A stretch of 64,000 bases of DNA from assembly GCA_034530875.2 (NCBI GenBank), contig JAVRCJ020000016.1:64001-128000 (forward strand). Reading direction: 5' to 3'. How positions within the stretch are numbered: the first letter of the stretch is position 1; each line of letters opens with the position of its first letter. A program made the translations under genes and the position numbers. Positions 41,070 to 51,490 of the stretch are shown here, one piece after another. The stretch is from Nostoc sp. DedSLP01. Lineage in GTDB: Bacteria; Cyanobacteriota; Cyanobacteriia; Cyanobacteriales; Nostocaceae. The notes beneath the pieces are model-generated. The model made no database searches, was not told the DNA's origin, and saw only the letters and a program-made list of their open reading frames with translations.

Positions 41070-42095
41070 TTATTCCACATTGACAGCAGATTCTAACATT
41101 CGTATTGTTCCAACATTGGCATCTATTTCTACTGGTACGCCAATTGGTAAGGTAAATTTATCTTTAATATGACCAATCATTGAACCATACCAAGCAGGTA
41201 TTCTTAAAGGAAGTATATGGTCTTGTAATACTTGAATTAAAGTGAACGATGGTTCATCGCCAGGGCTACAATCAGTACATTGTCCAAAGATAAAGCCAGC
41301 AATTTGGTTAAGTATTCCAGCAGTTTTTAACTGAGTTAACATTCTATCTACACGGTAAACATCCTCGCCAATTTCTTCTACAAATAAGATACTCCTGTTC
41401 CAGGAAGGTAAATAAGGCGAACCTACCATTGCTGACAATACTGATAAGTTTCCACCAATAAGTTTACCCCTCGCTTTTCCCGGTGTTATTACCTCCACTT
41501 GCACGTTGTTATTATTATTATTTTGCATAGTGACAGCTTCAGCATTAAATAGAATGCGCTTGAAGTAATCTACTGTAAACTGATTCCAGGTAGACGTAGC
41601 AACTGGGCCGTGAAAAGTAATTACTCGACTACGAGCATTAATTGCTAACAATAAAGTAGTAATGTCGCTGTACCCAATGAGGATTTTGGGATGGGAGCGA
41701 ATTAGTGAATAGTTTAGTAAGGGTAAAATGCGATTACAACCCCAACCACCACGCATGGCAATTATTGCTTTAATCGAGCGATCGCCAAACATTAAGTTTA
41801 CATCATCGGCGCGATCGCTATCTCTACCTGCTAAATAACCATAACGGTCTAAAATATGTTTCCCTAGCTTAACTTTTAACCCTAATTCTAAAATTGATTT
41901 CTCTGCTGCTTCGATTTCTTTGGCGTCAACAATACCCGCAGGAGCAATTAATCCTACAGTGTCGCCGACTTGCAAGCGTGGTGGCTTGAGAACGGTGTTT
42001 ACGGATAGCTTACCTTGAGCGCTAAATGTTGGTATTTGGGTAGCTAAGGTAGCTAGTCCACAAGTTGTAAGAAATTGCCGACGCTGAATAGTCAT
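41070..42095 (-). CDS. LD-carboxypeptidase (peptidase S66) with Tat-like signal
   Basis: QRRQFL; RGGWG, GYSD, GGNL, FVEEIGE, IGH. Confidence 0.9.
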   Translation of the reverse strand: MTIQRRQFLTTCGLATLATQIPTFSAQGKLSVNTVLKPPRLQVGDTVGLIAPAGIVDAKEIEAAEKSILELGLKVKLGKHILDRYGYLAGRDSDRADDVNLMFGDRSIKAIIAMRGGWGCNRILPLLNYSLIRSHPKILIGYSDITTLLLAINARSRVITFHGPVATSTWNQFTVDYFKRILFNAEAVTMQNNNNNNVQVEVITPGKARGKLIGGNLSVLSAMVGSPYLPSWNRSILFVEEIGEDVYRVDRMLTQLKTAGILNQIAGFIFGQCTDCSPGDEPSFTLIQVLQDHILPLRIPAWYGSMIGHIKDKFTLPIGVPVEIDANVGTIRMLESAVNVE

Positions 42096-42110
42096 AACCT
42101 ACGGTTGCAG

Positions 42111-42740
42111 CTACATCGGGAAAGTGGCGGCTTGAAAAATCTGTTCAGCAGTTAAATTCAATTCTGGGAAAATAGGTGATATGATGCGATCGCTCTCACG
42201 AAACTGCCGGACTTGGTATTCTCCCTCAACTAACGAGTAAATAGAGATAGTTGGCTGTTTGGGATTGCCTATGAATTTTCTACCACCTAATGCGGCGTAA
42301 TCTACAATCCAGTATTCTGGGATGCCAATAGCTTCATACTGACCAAGTTTGGTAAAGTAATCATCGCGCCAGTTAGTGCTGACAACCTCTATAACCAATG
42401 GAATTGATGCTGATTGGCTTACTGTTGATTTAGTCCTCCACAACGGCTCATTGGCTAGGTTAAGACGATTTAATAACAGCACATCGGGTAAGAAAGCAGA
42501 TTCACTTTCAGATGATTGAACAAATCCCATTTTAGGAATGTCATAGGGCATTGAAAGTCGAGCGCACTCTAGCAAAATTTGCTTGGTTAAGAATGCGAGA
42601 ACTAATTCACGATCCCCTGTTGGCGGTGGCATTGGTTTGATAAACCCGTAATGTAGTTCGTAACGAAGCTGTGTTGTATTAATAGGATACCAGTCTAGAA
42701 ACTGGTCAACAGTAATAGGAATTGGTAACGACTGAATCAT
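42111..42740 (-). CDS. Uma2-family endonuclease
   Basis: RYELHYG, LPDV, LVIEVVS, KLGQYEAIGIPEYWIVD. Confidence 0.9.
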   Translation of the reverse strand: MIQSLPIPITVDQFLDWYPINTTQLRYELHYGFIKPMPPPTGDRELVLAFLTKQILLECARLSMPYDIPKMGFVQSSESESAFLPDVLLLNRLNLANEPLWRTKSTVSQSASIPLVIEVVSTNWRDDYFTKLGQYEAIGIPEYWIVDYAALGGRKFIGNPKQPTISIYSLVEGEYQVRQFRESDRIISPIFPELNLTAEQIFQAATFPM

Positions 42741-42815
42741 TTACCTCCCTCCCTTGCGATAATTTCCAGTAGTTATATTAACCTCAATGTTTGAGTTTTT
42801 TCTAATTTATTCGTG

Positions 42816-45296
42816 TCAAATCTCTTGTACTCCATCAACTAAACCATCTGAAATTACAAATCCATTGGTAGCAAATCTGGCATCTGTACCTGATAGCTCA
42901 GGGTTAAAATACATAAATTCTACATCACCAATTACAGGCAAAAAATGGTCGGATAATTGCATTGACTGCAAACAAAGATTTATACTAGAAGCTGCTGAAT
43001 TATACGTTTCGATATTTTCTTCAACAACATTCAATAATCGCTGGTTAGCCGCAAGTTTGGCTTCAGCTTCTTGCTCTAGCGTTCTTTCTAAAAATGCACG
43101 CGCTTGTGGGTACTGCTGCAAAATGTCATCTGCTTGTTGTTCCGCCATTGGTAATAACTGAGTTTTCAGAATTTGGTTGATGGTTTGGCGGAAAGATTTG
43201 CGAATAGTTTGGGAAACTTTTGGCTCAAAATCTAATTTTAATAATTGCCTAATTGCTGGTTCTGCTTCAACGATACTTTCAGCGTCGTAAGTTTGGGAAG
43301 TTTGTAATAAAGTCTGGTGAAATTGATATATAGAAAAAGTGCCTTCGTCGTAAAATCTGGGACTTTCACGCACAAAGCGATCGCATTCTACACTAGCTGC
43401 ACTAACTACTGCTTGAGTCACTCGTTTTTCTAAATTTCTAATCTCTTGCTCAATGCCGCCATCATTATCTAATAAACGATACAATTGGCGATAATATTCT
43501 GATTTGCGAATTTTTTCAAGCAACCGTTGGAAAAAGTTGGCAATTATTTGTTGAGAAGATTCGATTAAAATATCTTCTAATTGATTTGCTAAATAATAAA
43601 ATGCCTCAACTAAAATCGCCAATAAAGGTGCAGTAGCATTGCGAGGGTGGCTGATGGTTGCACGTCGATAAGCATAAGCTACAGAAAAAGTATCTAGTAA
43701 CTCATCTAAACGGCGAATCATTCGTGATTGCAGTTGCTTAAAATCTGTTTCAAAAGCATCGCAAGAACTAGTAATTATGAGGTTAGCTTCTTCTGTAATA
43801 TGTTGGTTAAAGTCTTTACCAATTTGCTGGAGTTGCTGATTTAGGCGTTGTAATTCTTGCGCCTTCATTGTTTCAATTTCTTGTGGCTGACTATCTAAAT
43901 TTCGCTGCACTTCCTCGTAATATTTTTTCAGCTTTATACAAATATCTTCCAAGTCATTAGCAAGATTTTTAAATAATTGCGGACGCTTTTCTTCAGTTAA
44001 ATAACGAGTAATGGCTATGCGAAATTCCTCAATTCCACTATCTTCAATTAGCTGTTCTATCAGTTCATTTCCCCAATCTTCCAAAATTCTTACATAATTT
44101 TGATTCGGCGTTTCAAACCCGTTAACAGAAACACGGAATTTTGTGGCAGATAATTTTCCGGAATTTACACAATAGTTGTTAAACGCATAGACAAATTGTG
44201 GCGTTTCTTCTTTACCTTCTAAACTTTTGACGCTTTCCGCAAAAAAAGAATCTAAACCAAATCTATTTGCTCTACTTGTTTGTTTAATTTGACTGCCATA
44301 AAATCCTAATAATCCACTAGTTTTATAAACTCTATTTGTATCCCGAAATTGCCCATTAATTAAATCATCTAATCGTTGTCGTAGCTGAGTATTATACCAA
44401 GTCTCATCGATACGGTTGAAAATATAGAAAACGCGATCGCGTACTCCTCCATTCTGCCGCATTAATTCCAAAAGTTCTGTTTCTTCTTTTGTCATATCGC
44501 CCGCCGAAGCAGGCTTTAGCACGCATACCACCGCCGAAGTATCGGGATGTTGAATTTTGGTGTATGTTAGCTGTGCATCTTTCTCCACTGGTGCATCGAT
44601 GCCAGGAGTATCGATAATTACATTGTCATCTTGTAATAAAGGATGGTTGCAATAATATTCTATCCGCTTCAATACCGCGCTATTACTACCACGACGCGCA
44701 TATCCAGCAGCTTCCTTGAGATTAGAAAAGTTAAACTGCTCCATTGAATATGTAGCATTAGTTACGGTGTGAATGCGATCGCGATTTGCTATATATCCTT
44801 CTAACAACAAGATTAACGCCTTCGCCTGTTTTCCACGTTCTGATTTACTCTCACCACCTTCCTGCTGAACGATCGCTTCGCAACCTTGGCGTAATAAATT
44901 AATGACATCAGGTTGGTTAATATTTGCTACTGTTTTAAATCCTAGTTGCTGACACAAAAAAACTGCCTGTTCTCGAATTTCCGCTTCACTTAAAAAGGTT
45001 AAAACAACGCGTTCCTTATCTAATTCTGCATACTCAATTTTGCACTCTGTACCTGTAGCGTGTCCTTCTGCACTGTATAGTAATTCTCTCTCCAAAAGTG
45101 CATTAATTAACATTGATTTTCCGGCACTAAATGCGCCTGCAAATACAATCTCAAACTTAGGAGAAATCGCTTTATTTAAAGAAGTTTGTACAAATGTAAT
45201 ATCTTGAGAACGTAGGGTTGGTTCTTGTTGGAAAAGTTGTAATATAGACTCGACTTGTTGTTTCAAATTTTTGCACTGAAGAGGCAGATCTGACAT
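42816..45296 (-). CDS. Dynamin-like GTPase
   Basis: G1 GAFSAGKS, G3 DTPG, G4 NRID; long helical C-terminus. Confidence 0.85.
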   Translation of the reverse strand: MSDLPLQCKNLKQQVESILQLFQQEPTLRSQDITFVQTSLNKAISPKFEIVFAGAFSAGKSMLINALLERELLYSAEGHATGTECKIEYAELDKERVVLTFLSEAEIREQAVFLCQQLGFKTVANINQPDVINLLRQGCEAIVQQEGGESKSERGKQAKALILLLEGYIANRDRIHTVTNATYSMEQFNFSNLKEAAGYARRGSNSAVLKRIEYYCNHPLLQDDNVIIDTPGIDAPVEKDAQLTYTKIQHPDTSAVVCVLKPASAGDMTKEETELLELMRQNGGVRDRVFYIFNRIDETWYNTQLRQRLDDLINGQFRDTNRVYKTSGLLGFYGSQIKQTSRANRFGLDSFFAESVKSLEGKEETPQFVYAFNNYCVNSGKLSATKFRVSVNGFETPNQNYVRILEDWGNELIEQLIEDSGIEEFRIAITRYLTEEKRPQLFKNLANDLEDICIKLKKYYEEVQRNLDSQPQEIETMKAQELQRLNQQLQQIGKDFNQHITEEANLIITSSCDAFETDFKQLQSRMIRRLDELLDTFSVAYAYRRATISHPRNATAPLLAILVEAFYYLANQLEDILIESSQQIIANFFQRLLEKIRKSEYYRQLYRLLDNDGGIEQEIRNLEKRVTQAVVSAASVECDRFVRESPRFYDEGTFSIYQFHQTLLQTSQTYDAESIVEAEPAIRQLLKLDFEPKVSQTIRKSFRQTINQILKTQLLPMAEQQADDILQQYPQARAFLERTLEQEAEAKLAANQRLLNVVEENIETYNSAASSINLCLQSMQLSDHFLPVIGDVEFMYFNPELSGTDARFATNGFVISDGLVDGVQEI

Positions 45297-45427
45297 AATT
45301 CACGAACCTAATAATATTTATGTATATATTAGTTATATCTATTATCTTAATGGCTCAGTAAAATTCCTGAGAAATTCCTATTGAGTTGCTAGATTTTACC
45401 TAAAATACTAACTAATGGTATTTAATA

Positions 45428-45826
45428 ATGAAAATTTTTGCTATCAGATTAAAACCCCAGAACGATTTAAAAAAAAGCTTAAAGAATTTTGTCGAACAAG
45501 AAGACATTAAAGCAGGGTTTATATTAACTGCCGTTGGTAGCCTAGAAGAAGCAAGAATTCGCTTTGCTAATCAAGCCATTAGTACAGTATTAAGCGAAAA
45601 ATTTGAAATCATTGCTCTCAATGGTACAATAGCAACTACAGGTGTGCATTTGCATATCGCTATTTCCGATGGAGAAGGCAAAACTATCGGCGGACATCTT
45701 GACTATGGATGCATTATCTATACAACTGCTGAAATAGTCATTGGTGCGAGTGAGGAATTTATTTTTAATAGAACTTTTGACCGACAAACAGGTTACCAAG
45801 AACTAGAAATTATCCGCGATTGTTAA
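45428..45826 (+). CDS. PPC/DUF296-domain protein
   Basis: AIRLKP, AVGSL, FEIIALNGT, HLHI, GGHL, TTAEI. Confidence 0.9.
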   Translation: MKIFAIRLKPQNDLKKSLKNFVEQEDIKAGFILTAVGSLEEARIRFANQAISTVLSEKFEIIALNGTIATTGVHLHIAISDGEGKTIGGHLDYGCIIYTTAEIVIGASEEFIFNRTFDRQTGYQELEIIRDC

Positions 45827-45952
45827 TACAGCAGTAAATAGGGAATAGGGTTAAAATGCCAAATTTACGACTATTTAATTAGTCTTACAGCTAGAGTAAA
45901 ACAAAATCTTTAAGCAAAAGACATTTTACGTCAGTACTGTTGTTAGACAAAA

Positions 45953-46082
45953 TATAGGAATCATATTTGATTTGGTGAAAAAATGACTTACACATTGAAA
46001 AGCCGAATTCCCTACTCCCTACTCCCCATTCCCTACTCCCTACCTACACAAATAATTTCAAGAATCAAACCGGATTTCTATA
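45953..46082. mobile_element. MITE (family A) with internal STRR
   Basis: TIRs TATAGGAATCATATTTGATT / AATCAAACCGGATTTCTATA; related copy at 62882-63040. Confidence 0.75.
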
Positions 46083-46097
46083 CAAATATCATCTGTT

Positions 46098-46502
46098 ATG
46101 CAACCTTCTCTACCTCTTGATAGCTTACATATTCTCGTAGTAGAAGATGATGATGATATTCGAGCCTTTGTTACCACAGTATTGGAAGCAGATGGAGCTA
46201 CCGTTGTAGCAGTTCCATCAGCAGCTGCGGCAATGGAAATTTTACCGCAATTGCAACCTGATATCTTAATTTCTGATATAGGTATGCCTGGGGAAGATGG
46301 CTACACCTTGATCCGAAAAATACGTGCGCTCAAACCAGATATGGGTGGAAAAGTCCCAGCTATTGCTTTAACTGCTTATGGCGATAGCGAGACTCGTATT
46401 CGTGCTTTAGAAGCTGGCTTTCAGACTCATGTATCTAAACCAATCTTTCCAGAAGAACTAGTTGAGATTGTCGCTGATTTGTTTGGTTCTTGTAATTGGT
46501 AA
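46098..46502 (+). CDS. Single-domain response regulator
   Basis: ILVVEDD, LISDIGMP, ALTA, KP. Confidence 0.92.
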   Translation: MQPSLPLDSLHILVVEDDDDIRAFVTTVLEADGATVVAVPSAAAAMEILPQLQPDILISDIGMPGEDGYTLIRKIRALKPDMGGKVPAIALTAYGDSETRIRALEAGFQTHVSKPIFPEELVEIVADLFGSCNW

Positions 46503-46514
46503 TCGCTCGTATTT

Positions 46515-47498
46515 TTACCTCTTATTAGGTACTAGTACAGGCAATTTCCGAATACCCGCTACCGTCCTAGCGTGTTCTCCAACAGTCAAAACATTGAACT
46601 GAGTCGATATCATTTCTAAACTTTTATTCACCACTGCCAGCTTTTTGTAAGTGGGGACATCCATACCTGGAAAAAATGATAATTCTGGCACATCTTCTTG
46701 ACTTAAAAAGTCTGTGGGATGGAGTAGTAAAGAAGGCTGCGTGCGTGTAAGTTTACACAGCCACAAAGCAATTCTCAAGTAAAGTAATGCCAAACCGCTA
46801 GAAAATCTAGTCAGATACATGATGTAGCTGAAATGAATTGGCACTTTAAAAATTGGCATGGTGCTAACAGGAATTTCAGTCAATCTATCCTCACCCATTT
46901 TCCACTGGTAAGGGTTGAGAGGCTGCAAACCGTCTTTGAAACTGCCGAATAAAGCTTCGCGTTTTTTGCGTTCTTCTTTGCTCAGTTTACAAGTCATCAA
47001 ATAATAAGCTCGTGCTACCGGCCCCAAAATTGTGGGAAAAGTGGAAGCATCATATTCATACCCGCGTCGCGCTAAAACTTTCAACACTGCTGGAGAAAAA
47101 CTGTATCCAGGGCCTCGAAAGCCTACAGGTTGTTGACGAGTGACGCGCTTGATATGTTCTTCAGCCATAGCCACTTCTTCTTCTATCTCACTTTCAGAAT
47201 ACAGATGCAGCCAGGGAGAGTGATAGAATGAATGGTTACCGATTTCGTGACCGGCGTTGGCGATCGCTTGTATTGCCTTGTGGTTCTTTTCCAAGGCTGC
47301 ATCTTGACCAACGATGAATACTGTAATTTTCAAATTCCATTGCTCGAGAATTTCTAAAAAACGCGGTACTGCAATATCTAAGTAAGAAGGGAAAGTCTCC
47401 CAACCCTGAGCGCCTTGATTTTTCAGATACGACCAAATATTATCTAAATCTAAAGAAAGACTCGCTATTGGTTTATTTGCTTTACCTTTGTTTTTCAT
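46515..47498 (-). CDS. Polysaccharide deacetylase family protein
   Basis: SLDLD, GHEIGNHSFYH, GFRGPG, YDAS, LLLHP. Confidence 0.88.
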   Translation of the reverse strand: MKNKGKANKPIASLSLDLDNIWSYLKNQGAQGWETFPSYLDIAVPRFLEILEQWNLKITVFIVGQDAALEKNHKAIQAIANAGHEIGNHSFYHSPWLHLYSESEIEEEVAMAEEHIKRVTRQQPVGFRGPGYSFSPAVLKVLARRGYEYDASTFPTILGPVARAYYLMTCKLSKEERKKREALFGSFKDGLQPLNPYQWKMGEDRLTEIPVSTMPIFKVPIHFSYIMYLTRFSSGLALLYLRIALWLCKLTRTQPSLLLHPTDFLSQEDVPELSFFPGMDVPTYKKLAVVNKSLEMISTQFNVLTVGEHARTVAGIRKLPVLVPNKR

Positions 47499-47732
47499 TA
47501 TCTAGTTCAAGTATTTGACAATTTCAAAATAAAGAGTGAGTTTAAAAGCAACATTTTTTTAATTGCTGGCAATTAATATATCATAAAAAAGAAGTATTTA
47601 AACCTATATAAGTAAGTCTTAGCGATTCCTTGAATTTAGAATCAGATTTTTATAACTTAATTTCACAATGTAGCTTAGTTTGTACTTGATGGGCGATCGC
47701 CGCAAATAATCTCCACCACAAAGGAGTTCATC

Positions 47733-47834
47733 ATGACCACAATACGTACTCAATAAATGGGAATTGTCACCACTACCATCACTGTCTCAAATTTGGTCGA
47801 TCAAATTTTGGTAGAACGAGGTTTAATTTTGTAA
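47733..47834 (+). pseudogene. 5' remnant of a small aspartyl-protease-like gene
   Basis: AAGGAG RBS; MTTIRTQ*MGIVTTTITVSNLVDQILVERGLIL*; ends before any catalytic DTG. Confidence 0.5.
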
Positions 47835-47854
47835 ATTGAGCGATTCTATTTATT

Positions 47855-48190
47855 TCAACCAGTAGCATATTCTGTGAGCGATCGCATCCAAACTGAATGA
47901 AATCCAATGACAATATCTTGGTTTGGTACTCCGAGTTTAACTAACTCTTCAGCAAAATCAATTTCTGTACCATTATACTGAAGCCAAATTTTGCCATCTT
48001 TGATATCAAAATGTAAAACGCATCCATATACGCGACGACGATTGTCCCAACCAACATTAACTAACTGGTAATGGTCATGCTCAATATTGAAAACCAGTTG
48101 TCTTTCTACATCAGCCTTACTTGCTCCAGTGTTGGCATAATCTACAATCATTTTTTTGAGTAAATTTCGGTATTTTTATAACTTATCCAT
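47855..48190 (-). pseudogene. xisI: XisI protein with a nonsense codon at position 5
   Basis: MDKL*KYRNLLKKMIVDYA...HDHYQLVNVGW...GCVLHFDIKDGKIWLQYNGTE..AEELV..GVP..DIVIGFH. Confidence 0.85.
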
Positions 48191-48222
48191 TGTTCAATTA
48201 ACTCCAATTCTGGGTCGTAAAT
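48181..48222 (-). pseudogene. xisH: Last ~14 codons of xisH
   Basis: IYDPELELIEQWIS overlapping the xisI ATG, as in xisHI operons. Confidence 0.7.
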
Positions 48223-48224
48223 TT

Positions 48225-48851
48225 TTATGTCGCAAGTATACCTAATATTACTCGTAATAAATCTTCTAAACCTTCAGGAACCCGATAAAGTTTGATATCT
48301 TCTGTAACTAGCTTTTGTTCTCTATTAAGAGTACCAAATTTCCAATCATCGCCGTTAGTAACAGCCCCATATAAAATAGGGGATTGATTATCTAAATATT
48401 TATCCAGAGCGATTAATTCTACTGCTAGTTGTGTAAATCCCCTTCTGATATCTGATTGTTTAGCTTCAATTATTAATAAGCAGTTAGATTTATATAAGTA
48501 ATAATCTAAAGTTACTTTGAGTTTTTCATCTACATTCAGAGGATACTCACTATATAGTTGAGCTTTTGTCTGGTCGCAAATTTCAGCAAGGATAGGAGCA
48601 ATCAGAAATTCTCTAATTGATATTTCTGCTACAGGATTAAAAAGTCTGATATTACGTTGTAAATATCCTTGCAAAAACTCTAAATATTGAATTTCATCGG
48701 GATACCTGAACAAATCCAAATTTGTACGCTGATAGCTGTACTCAAATTCAGCCAAAATCTCTGCTGTAGGGTTAGTTAGTTGAAAATATTGGCTGAAAGT
48801 ATAGCTTTGGTCTGGTTTTAAAATTTTATATTTGCTCATGACAGCAGACAA
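48225..48851 (-). CDS. Hypothetical restriction-endonuclease-like (PD-(D/E)xK) protein
   Basis: REFLIAPIL, LDYYL, IIEAK, QLAVELIA, YGAVTNGDDWKF. Confidence 0.7.
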   Translation of the reverse strand: MSAVMSKYKILKPDQSYTFSQYFQLTNPTAEILAEFEYSYQRTNLDLFRYPDEIQYLEFLQGYLQRNIRLFNPVAEISIREFLIAPILAEICDQTKAQLYSEYPLNVDEKLKVTLDYYLYKSNCLLIIEAKQSDIRRGFTQLAVELIALDKYLDNQSPILYGAVTNGDDWKFGTLNREQKLVTEDIKLYRVPEGLEDLLRVILGILAT

Positions 48852-48865
48852 GAATACTATTAGTA

Positions 48866-50428
48866 TTAACTCTGGATTTCTTCATCACGTTCAACTACCT
48901 CAGCTTGATTTTGTAATGGCTTGACTACTCGGGCGATCGCTTCTTGAATAAAAGCTTTAATAAATTCATCTCTGCGATTAATTTGAAACTGTCGCTGTAC
49001 AACTTCTGTCATGCCGCCATCACCCCAATCTTGGTCGTGACGGAAATATTCAATAAAGCTTTTTCCAGCAATTCGCGTTAAATAAGCGGCGGTGACACCT
49101 TGAATTGCTCTCCCAATAATAAAGGTGGCAACATTAAGTTGCAAAGCTGTAGATAATAATTGAATTGCTCCTTTAACAATGCCCAAACTGGCGATGGTTT
49201 TTGCTAAAGAAAGGGCTAATTCTCGTCCCCTTTCCATATTCAATTCACAGCCATATACTCGACCAATTTCTACGACCATTTGAGCATTGACAGCCGCAGT
49301 TGCTAATAAATCTACTACTGGTACAGGCGTAACTGAGACAACACCAGCACCAATCCATTGAAACCGTTCTACGATTTTGTCAGCTTGGCGGCGGCGCTGG
49401 CCGTCGATAAGTTTTCGCGCTTCGTCACCCAATCGCAGAGATTGTAAAAGGATGTTATCTGCTACCAAATCTTCACCTTCGGCGCGTAAAATTGCAGCCA
49501 TACGCCGCAACAAAGGAACGATATCTGGTTCTGGCTGGAAGGTTTCGCCAGTTTCTAGTTGTGCAGTTTGGGGATTAGCAGCGATCGCTACTACATCATT
49601 AGTAGCAATAAATCCCCGCACCCGCTGACGCAACCTAGCAAGGATGGCTTCTTTATCTTCATCTGTATATAAATCAGTTTTGTTGAGAACTAAAAGCGAT
49701 CGCTTACCAATTTCTGCTAATCCCCGTAGCGGTTCATATTCCGAACGCCGTAAATCGTTATCCACCACAAACAACAGTAAATCTGCTTCCGTCGCTAGTT
49801 CTCGCGCCATTTGTTCGCGTTCCGTCCCCGCCACACCAGCTTCTAAAATTCCCGGCGTATCCGTAATTAAAATTTTGCGTTCTAATCCCTTCAACCGCAG
49901 ACAATAAGTTTCCCCAACTTGGGTTGTACCCATCGGCGCATCCACTTGGCCTACCATGCGTCCCATGATGGCGTTTACAAGGGAAGTTTTACCAGCACTG
50001 CCGGTACCAAATACCACCACTTGAATTTCACCCCGTGCGAGATTGGCTTCAATCTCGCGGGATTTACTTAATAAAGCTTGACGTGCGACTTCATCTTGAA
50101 TTTGGGCTACCTGTTGGCGCACAGCTTGTAAAGTTGTAGAAGCCGCATCAGATTTGCCGGCGGGAATTTGCGCGGGAGTGACGCGAGAACGATTGCGGCG
50201 CGATCGCTTTTCGCCAGCTTGAAGCACTAGGACATAATAAACAAAAGCCGCAACCAACCCTCCAATCAGCACAATCAGCAGCAACAGCAGCAAATTCCCT
50301 AACAACGGCGAATAAGACAATTGCCAATAAAGCCGCGATAGCGAATCAATTAGCCATAAAGCTAGCCCCAAAATGACGATTAGACCGACAATCAGCGTTA
50401 CGATGCGTGACAGAGGCATGGCTGGCAA
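48866..50428 (-). CDS. YcjF/DUF697 membrane-anchored Era-like GTPase
   Basis: Two N-terminal TM helices; GTGSAGKT, DTPG, NKTD; PVPVVDLL. Confidence 0.88.
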   Translation of the reverse strand: MPAMPLSRIVTLIVGLIVILGLALWLIDSLSRLYWQLSYSPLLGNLLLLLLIVLIGGLVAAFVYYVLVLQAGEKRSRRNRSRVTPAQIPAGKSDAASTTLQAVRQQVAQIQDEVARQALLSKSREIEANLARGEIQVVVFGTGSAGKTSLVNAIMGRMVGQVDAPMGTTQVGETYCLRLKGLERKILITDTPGILEAGVAGTEREQMARELATEADLLLFVVDNDLRRSEYEPLRGLAEIGKRSLLVLNKTDLYTDEDKEAILARLRQRVRGFIATNDVVAIAANPQTAQLETGETFQPEPDIVPLLRRMAAILRAEGEDLVADNILLQSLRLGDEARKLIDGQRRRQADKIVERFQWIGAGVVSVTPVPVVDLLATAAVNAQMVVEIGRVYGCELNMERGRELALSLAKTIASLGIVKGAIQLLSTALQLNVATFIIGRAIQGVTAAYLTRIAGKSFIEYFRHDQDWGDGGMTEVVQRQFQINRRDEFIKAFIQEAIARVVKPLQNQAEVVERDEEIQS

Positions 50429-50587
50429 GGATTAGTGGTATGAAGTAGGCACATGCTTCTCATCTTAATAGTTTCAGTATTTTTTATCAGAGTAGCAAGC
50501 AAATAAAAAGTTAAAAATACCTCTACACCCTGGCAACATCTTTCAAACTAGAATTAATTCTACTAACTCCCTAACCGAGAGGCGACG

Positions 50588-50839
50588 ATGCACATCCTAT
50601 CCCTTCATTATCCTGATGACTTACTCATTACCTCCGGAAAATCACCGCAAGCATTAGAAGCAGAACTCACATTTTTACTTGCAGTTAAACTATTTGAACT
50701 ACGCCGGCTATCCCTTGGTAAGGCAGCTGCCTTTTGTAACATGAACAAACCCCAATTCATGTACGAACTAGGGCGGTTGCAAATCCCTGTTATCAACCTA
50801 GATGATGACCAAATCGCCGACGAATTGCGCGATGATTAA
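50588..50839 (+). CDS. UPF0175-family antitoxin-like protein
   Basis: LAVKLFELRRLSLGKAAAF...FMYEL. Confidence 0.85.
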   Translation: MHILSLHYPDDLLITSGKSPQALEAELTFLLAVKLFELRRLSLGKAAAFCNMNKPQFMYELGRLQIPVINLDDDQIADELRDD

Positions 50840-51329
50840 CTCTGTTATTGTTGCCGATAGTAGCCCTCTCATCTCCTTGTCAATCATCGGGCAACTAGAA
50901 CTTCTACCCCAACTGTATCAACGGATATTAATTCCCCCAGCCGTATGGGACGAAGTAACAGTGCAAGGTGTAGGTTTACCTGGCGCACAAGCCGTTAGTC
51001 AATTAACTTGGTTAGAAATTCAAATTCCTGAAGCCCTTATATTACAACCGTTATCAATTCTAGTCGATCGCGGTGAGGCTGAAGCTATTGCTTTGGCTCA
51101 GTCCACTCGAGATAGTACGGTACTTTTAGATGATGCTCAAGCACGACGGGTTGCAGAACGGTTAGGAATTCGCCGAATAGGTACTCTTGGCATTTTACGT
51201 AAGGCGAAAAAAGCAGGCTTGATTGTTGAGGTTAAAGCATACATTGAACAGTTATGCAGCAATGGAATTTATATCCGACCTAGCCTCATTGATGCAATAT
51301 TACGGGATGTCGGCGAAATAGATTTTTGA
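50832..51329 (+). CDS. DUF3368 PIN-domain protein
   Basis: VADSSPLI, IPPAVWDE, DRGEAEAI, LLDD..ARR, GTLGIL; overlaps the UPF0175 gene end. Confidence 0.88.
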   Translation: MINSVIVADSSPLISLSIIGQLELLPQLYQRILIPPAVWDEVTVQGVGLPGAQAVSQLTWLEIQIPEALILQPLSILVDRGEAEAIALAQSTRDSTVLLDDAQARRVAERLGIRRIGTLGILRKAKKAGLIVEVKAYIEQLCSNGIYIRPSLIDAILRDVGEIDF

Positions 51330-51348
51330 CCTTCAGAACAACTTTCAG

Positions 51349-51489
51349 TTATATCTTGCACCAGGCGACTGGAAGTCGCGGCTACACAGGCAAAACCCGC
51401 CTGCGCGGGTTGAAAGCCTTAGTCCACGCAGGCGAACTTTGTTTGTATAGCCGCGATTTCTAATCGCCAGGGCTAAGTGCAAGATGTAA
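51349..51489. mobile_element. MITE-like long-hairpin element
   Basis: TIRs TTATATCTTGCAC / GTGCAAGATGTAA; internal stem GGCGACTGGAAGTCGCGGCTACACA / TGTATAGCCGCGATTTCTAATCGCC. Confidence 0.75.
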
Positions 51490-51490
51490 G

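Noticed and set aside
41505..41524. Phase-variable microsatellite (poly-Asn) in the LD-carboxypeptidase
   Set aside because: A short trinucleotide run; slippage would keep the frame and only change a linker
24668..48190. TAA recoding or read-through suggested by several in-frame TAA stops (Rpn twice, xisI, protease stub)
   Set aside because: TAA is the normal stop of many intact genes here, and the affected genes are dispensable cargo, so single-base nonsense decay is simpler
47855..48222. fdxN-type heterocyst excision element
   Set aside because: No xisF serine recombinase or interrupted nif/fdxN gene, and xisH and xisI are both broken
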